IMG/VR virus record: IMGVR_UViG_3300029258_001469
Span: 1 to 36,837 of that record
DNA length: 36,837 bases
DNA from: a virus
Taxonomy: Duplodnaviria > Caudoviricetes
Direction: 5' to 3' (one strand)
Shown here: one piece after another, positions 1-7,676 of the stretch
Layout: each line of letters opens with the position of its first letter
Position numbering within the stretch: position 1 is the first letter of the stretch
Made by a program: the position numbers and the translations under genes
The notes under the pieces: generated by a model
Told to the model about the DNA's origin: nothing
The model's input: only the letters and a program-made list of their open reading frames with translations
Databases searched by the model: none

Positions 1-219
1 CTTTTTATTTTTAATTTTAAATATGAATGTTGTTCCACAATTCTGACAGATATAATTACTCTCTCCTGTTGAATGTATTTGACTATCACAAGCACATACA
101 GGACAATATATATGATTATTATAATTCCTTGTTTGAATTAAAATCACACATTCGTTACCACTTTCAGTATACTCTTGAATTACATCTATCTCCTCACTTG
201 TGTTAGAGAACATACTCAT
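1..219 (-). CDS. Zn-ribbon microprotein, 3' end runs off the window
   Basis: Hand translation MSMFSNTSEE...IYCPVCACDSQ...YICQNCGTTF; two CxxC pairs; AAGGAG upstream; not in the ORF track. Confidence 0.7.
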   Translation of the reverse strand, partial: MSMFSNTSEEIDVIQEYTESGNECVILIQTRNYNNHIYCPVCACDSQIHSTGESNYICQNCGTTFIFKIKNKK

Positions 220-225
220 AACATC

Positions 226-336
226 TCATCTCCTTTTAATCCATAAGAAACCACAATTTAAATCTATTCTTCTTAACTCTCCTGTTATGGTATCTTTAAT
301 CATAGTTTCTAAATGTTTTTGTATTTGTTTATTCAT
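226..336 (-). CDS. 36-aa hypothetical microprotein
   Basis: MNKQIQKHLETMIKDTITGELRRIDLNCGFLWIKRR; ATG directly follows the TAA of the upstream ORF (TAAATG). Confidence 0.5.
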   Translation of the reverse strand: MNKQIQKHLETMIKDTITGELRRIDLNCGFLWIKRR

Positions 337-435
337 TTAATATTCCTTTCTAATCGTTTTAATTATATTAACAACAAAATCTCCTATGACATAACCAAAT
401 GCAAAGCAAGTCATAGTATTATATATAATATCCAT
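337..435 (-). CDS. 32-aa putative single-TM microprotein
   Basis: MDIIYNTMTCFAFGYVIGDFVVNIIKTIRKEY; AGGAG SD; hydrophobic core. Confidence 0.5.
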   Translation of the reverse strand: MDIIYNTMTCFAFGYVIGDFVVNIIKTIRKEY

Positions 436-440
436 TCTAA

Positions 441-641
441 TTATCTCCTTAACTTTTCAAAATCTTCCTCTATCCAATTACCATTATCTAATAACATCAT
501 TCTCTTTAATGTTTTCTTTTTTAATTCCTGTAACTCTTTAGGTGTTAAGATTAAGTAAGTAGTCATATCTTCTTTATTATAATATATTTCATTCTCTAAG
601 AATAACCAAGTGTATTTCTTATCCCATTGTTTTTCATTCAT
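441..641 (-). CDS. hypothetical protein (66 aa)
   Basis: ORF track; coupled to the upstream ORF by TAAATG. Confidence 0.65.
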   Translation of the reverse strand: MNEKQWDKKYTWLFLENEIYYNKEDMTTYLILTPKELQELKKKTLKRMMLLDNGNWIEEDFEKLRR

Positions 642-809
642 TTAATCATACACCTTACCATCTTGTTTTGCTATCTGATACATGATACCATTTATAATAG
701 CATCTTCAATAGTATGACATATTGCTGGTAATTCTTTTTGCATATCTTCTACTATTGCTTTTTCATTATCGGATAATACTATTGTGTATTCTCTAAATTT
801 TTCACTCAT
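642..809 (-). CDS. 55-aa hypothetical microprotein
   Basis: MSEKFREYTIVLSDNEKAIVEDMQ...DGKVYD; tight packing with neighbours. Confidence 0.6.
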   Translation of the reverse strand: MSEKFREYTIVLSDNEKAIVEDMQKELPAICHTIEDAIINGIMYQIAKQDGKVYD

Positions 810-812
810 TAT

Positions 813-983
813 TTATTCCTCTATTATTAATGTAATCCTCTTACCAACATTTTGTTCAAGTAATGTATTTATATTTACTAAACCACTACTAACATCATCT
901 ATATAAATACCTCTTGAGCAATCAGAAAAATCTCCAAAAGGGTGTTCTTTTATATCCCCTTTATAATACAATATGTTACTCAT
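813..983 (-). CDS. 56-aa hypothetical microprotein
   Basis: MSNILYYKGDIKEHPFG...ITLIIEE; AAGGAG SD; ATGA overlap with the upstream ORF. Confidence 0.6.
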   Translation of the reverse strand: MSNILYYKGDIKEHPFGDFSDCSRGIYIDDVSSGLVNINTLLEQNVGKRITLIIEE

Positions 984-1123
984 TTAAATCTCCTTATCTG
1001 ATGTGCTTTATAAGGATACCTCAAGCATTTAGCACATCTAATTGGGTTTTTATCTTTACTTTTTAATTGTATAATAAACAATTCATTCTTACAGTAAGGA
1101 CAAACCATTGCATTATCTAACAT
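980..1123 (-). CDS. 47-aa Zn-ribbon microprotein
   Basis: MLDNAMVCPYCKNELF...IRCAKCLRYP; CxxC-x18-CxxC; AAGGAG SD. Confidence 0.65.
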   Translation of the reverse strand: MLDNAMVCPYCKNELFIIQLKSKDKNPIRCAKCLRYPYKAHQIRRFK

Positions 1124-1200
1124 ATTATTATCTCCTTTCCACATTTAGCACATCTATATACATCTTCAGAATATATATAGACTAATTCATGTCTACACAT
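1117..1200 (-). CDS. 27-aa Zn-finger microprotein
   Basis: MCRHELVYIYSEDVYRCAKCGKEIIIC; CxH...CxxC; TAAATG coupling. Confidence 0.55.
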   Translation of the reverse strand: MCRHELVYIYSEDVYRCAKCGKEIIIC

Positions 1201-1356
1201 TTAATAATAACAACCTATTCCTTTTTTCTTCCAATACAATGCTCTTTGTCTTGCTTTCTTTAATTCTTCTTTAGTAAATAAATGTATTCTTAAATCGTAA
1301 TTTATTTCTGTATATTTTTCAAGCACTCTATCATGTAATTTTTTATAGTTATTCAT
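1201..1356 (-). CDS. 51-aa basic microprotein, first gene of the microprotein operon
   Basis: MNNYKKLHDRVLEKY...WKKKGIGCYY; archaeal-type SD AGGTGA upstream. Confidence 0.6.
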   Translation of the reverse strand: MNNYKKLHDRVLEKYTEINYDLRIHLFTKEELKKARQRALYWKKKGIGCYY

Positions 1357-1555
1357 TCTATTCACCTTCATTTAGATCCATTATAATATAGGGGGGAGAG
1401 GGATAGGTTGATAACTTTTTTATTTAAATATATTTATATAGGTAAAAGCAACCTATCTAACGAAACCTGTTGTTACTGTAATATACTAAGCAAACATTTA
1501 AATATAATAAGATATTGCTATGTATTTTTAATCACTATTAGAATAGAATTTTAGA

Positions 1556-1631
1556 GATAGGATATATAAGTATATTAAAGACAGGATAACTGTCTAATAA
1601 ATAATAATATACTGATGTAATATATCCTATC
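1556..1631. repeat. three-tier nested inverted repeat (long hairpin)
   Basis: GATAGGATATA 1556-1566 / TATATCCTATC 1621-1631; AGTATATTA 1569-1577 / TAATATACT 1605-1613; AGACAG 1579-1584 / CTGTCT 1590-1595. Confidence 0.75.
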
Positions 1632-1934
1632 GAATTACTGTGTCGTTTGTTATCTCTTGTTTTCACTTGAAATAACGTAAAGGATTTTGTGTTAAGAATA
1701 GAAATACCAAAACTATAAGGGTTTAAAATCTCATTAAATATCCCTTTCGTATGGTTTTATTCTATATAAGAATAAGGTATTTTTTCAACAAACAACTGAT
1801 TAATAATGTTTTCTTTAATAAGCGTTAGGTATATCACTTTACTTAGTAACTTATAGTATAGGAAAACACTTTGTTTGTGATAAGTTGTTTTCGTAAAACA
1901 CCAAAAAAATTTCATGCTTTAAGTAGTTTTCGGC

Positions 1935-1975
1935 AAACTTTATATAGGTTGTGTCCATCACTTATAAACTTTTCG
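1935..1975. promoter_or_regulatory. face-to-face TATA pair (copy 1)
   Basis: Plus strand AAACTTTATATAG 1935-1947; minus strand CGAAAAGTTTATAAG 1975-1961. Confidence 0.5.
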
Positions 1976-2221
1976 ATTGTCAACAGATAACCAACAGGAG
2001 AAACAACCAACTGATAAAGTAAAATATAATTAATTAAATAATATATTAGTCTTAAGGGTAATACTATGTAAGATAAATAAGAGTGTGGGATAAGTATTTA
2101 CTTATAGTTAATTAGAAAAAAATAGGTTATCAGATATAGGGTTATAGTTATTATATTAAAGATACCCACATAAAATATATATATATTAAAATATAATTAA
2201 AAATAAAAAAAGAGATAATGA

Positions 2222-3109
2222 TTAATAATTATCCTCATAATATTGGGATAAATCATAATCATCATAAGTCTTTATGTGTTGTTCAGGTGTCATTGGTTTT
2301 AAATGTGTATCCTTACACTCTAAGGGATATTTCTTTAACTGATAAATAACAGGGATATATAACTCGTCAAAAAATTCTCCACTTTGTATCTGCTTAATTA
2401 ATCCTATTAAATACTCAATGGAATATTTAGGGTAAGTCCAAACTTTATCCCTTATCTGATGATTTATATATAGTTTATCTTTTATATTATTAAATATCTC
2501 CTGTTTATCTTCGTAACTCAATGTGCTATCATATAATAACTCATATAATAAATCGTGTAATTCAGGAGATATTATACCCTTATCAGAATACTTGGCTATC
2601 TCCTCTAATTTATTATATCTTGTTAAAAATATAATATCCTTTATCATTGGGATTACCTCTTTACCTGATAGCATTTTAATACTCTTGTTATTACCTGTTT
2701 TATCCAAGCGTATTTTAATATCCTTACACCACAACTCGATACCCTTTTTGTATTTAATACCAAGAGCATAACACCAACAGGATAATATTTTACTGTTAAA
2801 TCTTCTACTCATTATATCCTTACCTCGATACATTTTATTATCCTGTGTTATTTCAAATTTCTCAATGCCATTTCTACTTAAATAACTGTTGGGTAATGTG
2901 TCAATATTATATTCAGTAATGCTACCAAAATTATGTTGTGGTAATCTTGTAATTATTCTTCCCTTTTTAGTATTTCCTAATATAGCATTTGTTTCCTTAC
3001 CATATCGACTAATCCATTCACTTACATTTATTTTCTGTGCCTCATTATAATTACCATAAGACACTCTACTGCCTAAATCGTTTACAATTTCTTCTCTATA
3101 TATTTTCAT
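2222..3109 (-). CDS. hypothetical protein (295 aa)
   Basis: Long ORF, AGGGGA SD, T-tract downstream; no family recognised. Confidence 0.8.
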   Translation of the reverse strand: MKIYREEIVNDLGSRVSYGNYNEAQKINVSEWISRYGKETNAILGNTKKGRIITRLPQHNFGSITEYNIDTLPNSYLSRNGIEKFEITQDNKMYRGKDIMSRRFNSKILSCWCYALGIKYKKGIELWCKDIKIRLDKTGNNKSIKMLSGKEVIPMIKDIIFLTRYNKLEEIAKYSDKGIISPELHDLLYELLYDSTLSYEDKQEIFNNIKDKLYINHQIRDKVWTYPKYSIEYLIGLIKQIQSGEFFDELYIPVIYQLKKYPLECKDTHLKPMTPEQHIKTYDDYDLSQYYEDNY

Positions 3110-3111
3110 AT

Positions 3112-3225
3112 TTAAATCCCCTTTGAAGAATATCGGCTATAATATTTATGCCATAATTCTCTTTTTAATATACATTCGTTATCACTTGCCTCAATTTTTT
3201 TCTCCTTATTATTTTTCTTATTCAT
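3112..3225 (-). CDS. 37-aa microprotein
   Basis: MNKKNNKEKKIEASDNECILKRELWHKYYSRYSSKGI; fills the gap between the HNH and 295-aa genes; AGGAG SD. Confidence 0.45.
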   Translation of the reverse strand: MNKKNNKEKKIEASDNECILKRELWHKYYSRYSSKGI

Positions 3226-3226
3226 T

Positions 3227-3469
3227 TTAATTCATCTCCTTTATTTTTAAATGTATCTGTTTGTGTTGTTTTGGCGTAACAAGTTGCAGATTATCAATGT
3301 TATTATTTAGTTTATTTAAATCCCTGTGGTGTATCTGATAACCCTGTGGTATTTTCATTCCCCTCATTACTCTGAATATATGTCGGTGTTCAAGCATTGG
3401 TTTCCCATTTATTAATAATACCCTATAACCCTTTTTATTTATAAAGGTATTAAAATTACCACATATCAT
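3227..3469 (-). CDS. HNH endonuclease (HNH_3-like)
   Basis: HRHIF...IHHRDLNKLNNNIDNLQLVTPKQHKQIH, the canonical phage HNH signature. Confidence 0.9.
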   Translation of the reverse strand: MICGNFNTFINKKGYRVLLINGKPMLEHRHIFRVMRGMKIPQGYQIHHRDLNKLNNNIDNLQLVTPKQHKQIHLKIKEMN

Positions 3470-3568
3470 TTAACTCAACCAACCTGTTCTTCCATTATAA
3501 AATACATTTCTGTATTCCTGTTGTGTGTCATCACTTGCCTCTTTATTTTCTTTACTTATTTCTTTCAT
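3470..3568 (-). CDS. 32-aa microprotein
   Basis: MKEISKENKEASDDTQQEYRNVFYNGRTGWLS; AGGAG SD; TAAATG coupling to the HNH gene. Confidence 0.45.
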   Translation of the reverse strand: MKEISKENKEASDDTQQEYRNVFYNGRTGWLS

Positions 3569-3628
3569 TTATATATCTCCTGAAACAACCCTTTAACTCG
3601 GTGTTTCTACCCTTACAACTGAAGTTAG

Positions 3629-3644
3629 TTTATAAACTTTTCGG
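3629..3644 (-). promoter_or_regulatory. archaeal BRE/TATA promoter
   Basis: Minus strand CCGAAAAGTTTATAAA upstream of the HNH operon. Confidence 0.7.
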
Positions 3645-4121
3645 TTGCTTGTATTTAATACGTTACATTACATTAAATTCTTCTGTTGGTTGGGTGTTAC
3701 AATTCATCTTTTCGTTATAATAATAACAAGAGGTATGCTAACATTTACCATGATAAATACTCTCAATAAATATATGGCAAGTGATTATAATAACAGGGTG
3801 ATTTGGTCAGGATAATCTTACAGTATAATATAGGTAAGAAAATGTTTGACATTATAAACCATTATCCTATAATACTTAGTTATTTATATATATGTTTTCG
3901 TTATACTATCCCCATTATATTTAAGAATATTTAATCAGAAAATTAAGAGGCCATTTTAAGTATTTAAATACACACATACACGTATTAAATTCTCCCTTTT
4001 AACCACGCTATTAGATACCATGCTACATACTACCATGCCACAAGCAACCATGATAAACCTTCTAAGGTGGGATAACCCACCCATATAGGATTAGAATTGT
4101 AAGTATAGTAACACCCATGCG

Positions 4122-4279
4122 TGCCATTAACTTGCACGCTTGACAAAGTGTAGCATGTTGCAATAGTAACACTCTGCTTGACACTCTCTAGCACGGTTTC
4201 CCATGCCATGACAATTCATACCACGACTTAATGGTAACACGCTTGACTATCTCTAGCATGCTTGTCAATGTCTAGCATG
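4122..4279. repeat. degenerate ~19-bp-period tandem repeat tract (TGACA-N5-TAGCAYG)
   Basis: Units at 4122, 4141, 4179, 4209, 4244 and 4263, e.g. TGACAAAGTGTAGCATG, TGACACTCTCTAGCACG, TGACTATCTCTAGCATG, TGTCAATGTCTAGCATG. Confidence 0.8.
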
Positions 4280-4346
4280 GCACTCTCGACTTTCCCTTCA
4301 CCCCCTTCCAACCCTGTCGTGTCCATATCCTATATAGGTTGGGGGG

Positions 4347-4362
4347 TATATAAAGCTTTCGG
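4347..4362 (-). promoter_or_regulatory. archaeal BRE/TATA promoter pointing into the repeat tract
   Basis: Minus strand CCGAAAGCTTTATATA, same class as the cassette promoters. Confidence 0.7.
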
Positions 4363-4595
4363 AATTCTCAAGCCATGATAGACAAGGTCTAGCACGCCTC
4401 TTGCCACTAACTAATGGTGGGTAACACCACCCATCAACGTGGAGGGTTCAGTATACCCTCCAATACTGGTATAAAGACGTAAGTATCATATAAGGCAATT
4501 CGCCTGCGTAACCCTGCTCTCCAGCCCACCAGCCCGACACTCAACCTCTACTATAAGAAACAATAATGGTGGGAAATCCCACCCAATAAATTAAT

Positions 4596-4628
4596 AAAAA
4601 AAAAAGATGAGGGGGATTTTTCCCCTCT
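4596..4628 (-). terminator. hairpin plus oligo-T terminator
   Basis: Minus strand GAGGGGA-AAAA-TCCCCCTC followed by a long T run, directly at the stop of 4627..5112. Confidence 0.75.
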
Positions 4629-5112
4629 ACATTTCGTGGATTACCTGTGAGATTGCTGTATTTTCTTTGGCTAACCATTCAACAGCCCATTTGTTACCTG
4701 CTTTTTCCCTCTCCTTAATGCTCTTGTAGTTAATTTCTTTGCATTTGTTTAGGATTTGTTTGCGTTTATCTTTGTTCAACTTTGCTGACTTCATTTGTTT
4801 ATCCAAGATATTCTCTCGGATTATTCTCTTACTGATTGAGTATTTGGTATTCGGTGGGAATTTGTATTGTTTCCAAAAGTTTTTGGTATCGACTTTGTAG
4901 GGATTTTCACTATTAACCTTACCGAATAATTCAACTGTCTTTTTAACAGATAAATCCTGTAAGGTTTTTTCAAGTTCGTTTGGTTTTATCAGTTTCTTTT
5001 TAATTTTTTCTGTTGCTGGTAGTTCCTTTTCGACACTTGCTTCCTTTATTTCATAAGCAGTTCCGTCTTTTATAAGAAAAGACTTACCACCTATTTTTAC
5101 TATTTCTGTCAT
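4627..5112 (-). CDS. Lys-rich hypothetical protein (cassette gene)
   Basis: ORF track; AAGGAG SD; has its own promoter and terminator. Confidence 0.85.
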   Translation of the reverse strand: MTEIVKIGGKSFLIKDGTAYEIKEASVEKELPATEKIKKKLIKPNELEKTLQDLSVKKTVELFGKVNSENPYKVDTKNFWKQYKFPPNTKYSISKRIIRENILDKQMKSAKLNKDKRKQILNKCKEINYKSIKEREKAGNKWAVEWLAKENTAISQVIHEM

Positions 5113-5193
5113 TTTTCTTATCTCCTTTGCTTACTTATGGTTGTGTTTTCTTGGTTAGTTCGCCACAACCACAACCCTGTATAGACGGGGTAG

Positions 5194-5208
5194 TATTTAA
5201 ATGTTGCG
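5194..5208 (-). promoter_or_regulatory. BRE/TATA promoter (variant)
   Basis: Minus strand CGCAACATTTAAATA followed by the shared TATACAGGG element. Confidence 0.6.
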
Positions 5209-5392
5209 TTTTAATCAACACTCTTGCTAACAAGTAGCATGCATGACAATGTGTAGCACGGATCTACTTGACTTAATAATATATAGGTGGGAGTACCCAC
5301 CCTGTATGATACTTAGAATAAAGTAAGTATACCCGTATACCCACACACGAAAGGAAAATGCCTCAGATAGCCCTTAAAATCAATCCTCAGCC

Positions 5393-5419
5393 AAAAAAAA
5401 GAGGGGTGGTAAACCCCAT
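5393..5419 (-). terminator. hairpin plus oligo-T terminator
   Basis: Minus strand GGGGTTTACCACCCCTC then T8, after the stop of 5419..5730. Confidence 0.7.
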
Positions 5420-5730
5420 TAACGAAATGCTATGTCGCCTTTCATAATCCTGTCTTTACTGCTTCTCTCTGCTTCCTGTCGAATTAGCATTGCTGTTGAT
5501 AAGATTAACTCATCTCTTGTTAGTTCCTGCTCTATTAATCCTGCAAGAACTAAAGCATTATTATCAATCTCAGCAAACCTCGTTAAATTAGACATCTTTG
5601 TACACCATTCAATTCCTTCTTTCCCTTTTATTAATTTACTTATTCTTTTAGATGTTTCCATACATTTTTTAGCCATTACTTTTGCCTTTTCCTCTATTTC
5701 CTTTAATCTTTCTTCTTCCATCTTTCTCAT
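5419..5730 (-). CDS. hypothetical helical protein (cassette gene)
   Basis: ORF track; AAGGAG SD; has its own promoter and terminator. Confidence 0.8.
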   Translation of the reverse strand: MRKMEEERLKEIEEKAKVMAKKCMETSKRISKLIKGKEGIEWCTKMSNLTRFAEIDNNALVLAGLIEQELTRDELILSTAMLIRQEAERSSKDRIMKGDIAFR

Positions 5731-5765
5731 CTCCTTAGTTTTCTACCCCTGTATAGTCTTGTGGG

Positions 5766-5781
5766 TTTAAATACTTTTCGG
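5766..5781 (-). promoter_or_regulatory. BRE/TATA promoter
   Basis: Minus strand CCGAAAAGTATTTAAA. Confidence 0.7.
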
Positions 5782-5938
5782 TTTTCTCAACGAGTGATAA
5801 CATGCACCATGCTAACACTTAGCACGAATCCGTGTGCGTATGCGTAACAAATTAATGGTGGGATAACCCACCCTAAAGTATAGTAAACAAATACATATGT
5901 TGTATATATCACGAGATTTCTAAAATTAATAAAAAAAA

Positions 5939-6166
5939 TTAGATGAGTTGGTAATTTCTCATCTCGGTTAAAATCATTTTTGCCATTGATTGTATGCTGG
6001 TTGGTGGATTGTTTAAAGTTCCTTTCCCATCAAGATACACAACCCCACAAGTTACGATTGCTTTATTAAACCCTATACGATTTAATATCATCTGCATTTT
6101 TTTACCATCAGATTCAGATGTGCTTTCCTTTGCTTCTAATTCCTTTAATATCTCAAGTCCGTTCAT
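5939..6166 (-). CDS. hypothetical protein (cassette gene)
   Basis: ORF track; stop followed by T8; promoter ~30 nt upstream. Confidence 0.8.
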   Translation of the reverse strand: MNGLEILKELEAKESTSESDGKKMQMILNRIGFNKAIVTCGVVYLDGKGTLNNPPTSIQSMAKMILTEMRNYQLI

Positions 6167-6196
6167 TTTACCACTAACCCTGTATACACTTGGGGG

Positions 6197-6212
6197 TTTA
6201 TATAGTTTTCGG
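6197..6212 (-). promoter_or_regulatory. BRE/TATA promoter
   Basis: Minus strand CCGAAAACTATATAAA. Confidence 0.7.
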
Positions 6213-6371
6213 TGTGCATGACATTGTATAGCATGGTGGTCTTCTAACCGACCCGGTCCCTATGAGGTGGGATACCCACCCATTGTAGGTATAGTAACCA
6301 ATACATATAATAGTAACTATATCACGAGGTTTCCTATAAAAAAAAAAGAAAGAAGATTGGATTGAGTAACC

Positions 6372-6551
6372 TTAGAGTTCATCACAGCCAAGACACTCTA
6401 TGGATTTCTCAAACCAATCTATTCTAACCCTATTACCACACTTTTTGCAATAGAGTTCCCCATCAATCTCATCAACTACACAGGATTTCTCCATATAGTC
6501 AATCATTGCTTTAGGGATAGACAATTTCCGACTTGCTTCCACAGTTTGCAT
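6372..6551 (-). CDS. 59-aa Zn-ribbon protein (cassette gene, probably leaderless)
   Basis: MQTVEASRKLSIPKAMIDYMEKSCVVDEIDGELYCKKCGNRVRIDWFEKSIECLGCDEL; ATG ~23 nt downstream of the TATA box; T10 downstream; missed by the track. Confidence 0.75.
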   Translation of the reverse strand: MQTVEASRKLSIPKAMIDYMEKSCVVDEIDGELYCKKCGNRVRIDWFEKSIECLGCDEL

Positions 6552-6573
6552 AGCAACCGTATCTACTTATGAG

Positions 6574-6589
6574 TATATAAGCCTTTCGG
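6574..6589 (-). promoter_or_regulatory. BRE/TATA promoter
   Basis: Minus strand CCGAAAGGCTTATATA, identical to 6846-6861. Confidence 0.75.
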
Positions 6590-6705
6590 TATCTCCCATT
6601 GAACGATATCAGCAGTATCCTTAATTGAATATATATAGGGTGGGAATACACCACCCATTAATATGAATAGATACTATAAGTAATAACAAAAAAAAAAGAG
6701 AAAGA

Positions 6706-6816
6706 TTACCTGACAGGAATATACTTTCGTATAACCTTTCCCTCTTGGCTAATCGGATAGAGTATCCAGTATCGTCTACTCCTTTCTTTCTCCAAGTTTC
6801 TTAGTTTCCCTTTCAT
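6706..6816 (-). CDS. 36-aa basic microprotein (cassette gene)
   Basis: MKGKLRNLEKERSRRYWILYPISQEGKVIRKYIPVR; GAGGAG SD; own promoter; T10 after the stop. Confidence 0.65.
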   Translation of the reverse strand: MKGKLRNLEKERSRRYWILYPISQEGKVIRKYIPVR

Positions 6817-6845
6817 TTCTCCTCACACCTGTAATGCAATAGGGG

Positions 6846-6861
6846 TATATAAGCCTTTCGG
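6846..6861 (-). promoter_or_regulatory. BRE/TATA promoter
   Basis: Minus strand CCGAAAGGCTTATATA. Confidence 0.75.
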
Positions 6862-6862
6862 C

Positions 6863-7654
6863 TTAAATTGCCCCAAGACTTCTTAGGACGTCTATGTGTC
6901 CATATTGTCTTGCTATTTGCTTTATGCTCTTTGTTCTCCAACCCATCTTCTTTAATATTCTCTGTTGCTCTTTATCCTTTAGGCTTGCTCGAGTTTCCAC
7001 GTAATCCCAACCCTGTGAGGCTCGGTTACTCTCTCCTATCAAGTGGATTACCTTATGAACTGTTTCATGGTGGATTACTCTGCTTATCTCTCCTATTACC
7101 TCATCTGTTGTCAAGTGTTGTAGACAATCTCTTAGAAGTCCTTTCCCTATGAATATCTGTTGGCTACTCACTCTATAATAAGTTCCTTTTGATTTACCAA
7201 AGAGAATCGGGTGGGTTACTCCACCCTTATCCTTTGTAGTAGTTCTTAGGAGTTCTTTGAAGTCAAGTTCTACTATTGCTATAAACTCTTTTATCTTCTG
7301 TCGTCTTACCTGTTGGAAGGGGTTGTTGATTTTCTTTACGAGTTCTTTTTTCTCTTGGAGAATCCCTTCGAGTAGCTCAAGAGTTTCCCAACCATTTAAA
7401 TTCTTATTAGCTATCCTTTTGACTATTTCATATCTTTTATTCATAGGCATACCTGTTGTTCCCCAGTAGATTTTTCCACTTGCCCATTCATTTATTTTAA
7501 ACCATTTTCCTTTTGAGCATACAAATTTAAGCGGATTTTTCTTAAAGCTTTTTAGCTCTTCTCCTGTTAGTCTTGGTATTACAACCAAGTCGTTCTCAAT
7601 TCCAGCTTCTAAATTTCCTGACGACTTTGAGCCGTCCACTTCAATTCCTGTCAT
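6863..7654 (-). CDS. protein with a C-terminal HExxH zincin-like metallopeptidase domain
   Basis: ...QIFIGK...ISRVIHHETVHKVIH; start moved from 7675 to the ATG at 7654 because BRE/TATA at 7677-7691 abuts the track start. Confidence 0.7.
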   Translation of the reverse strand: MTGIEVDGSKSSGNLEAGIENDLVVIPRLTGEELKSFKKNPLKFVCSKGKWFKINEWASGKIYWGTTGMPMNKRYEIVKRIANKNLNGWETLELLEGILQEKKELVKKINNPFQQVRRQKIKEFIAIVELDFKELLRTTTKDKGGVTHPILFGKSKGTYYRVSSQQIFIGKGLLRDCLQHLTTDEVIGEISRVIHHETVHKVIHLIGESNRASQGWDYVETRASLKDKEQQRILKKMGWRTKSIKQIARQYGHIDVLRSLGAI

Positions 7655-7676
7655 GCAAGTAGATATAACATACATA

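Larger units (their letters stand above)
4066..7226. repeat. dispersed palindrome GGTGGG-N3-5-CCCACC/CCACCC, 8 copies
   Basis: Copies start at 4066, 4416, 4568, 5286, 5857, 6266, 6638 and 7209; the last lies inside a CDS. Confidence 0.9.

Noticed and set aside
4140-4260. Bacterial sigma70 promoters (TTGACA) or CIRCE elements
   Set aside because: Spacing to TAGCAT is 5 nt rather than 17; half-site orientation and spacer do not fit CIRCE; the context is archaeal
4122-4279. TIGR-like or mini-CRISPR guide array
   Set aside because: The variable part is only ~5 nt, the same box recurs singly at promoters, and no Nop-domain or Cas effector is recognisable in the window
4228-4326. 32-codon minus-strand ORF MDTTGLEGG...
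   Set aside because: Runs through the repeat tract; probably incidental, although leaderless translation is not excluded
4066-7226. CRISPR array from the GGTGGG palindromes
   Set aside because: Repeats are 16-19 nt, degenerate and 150-720 nt apart with genes between them; no cas genes
313-7469. Plus-strand track ORFs (313, 2523, 3523, 5432, 5994, 6868, 7257)
   Set aside because: Antisense shadows of minus-strand genes or regulatory DNA; no SD; F/S/L/I-biased
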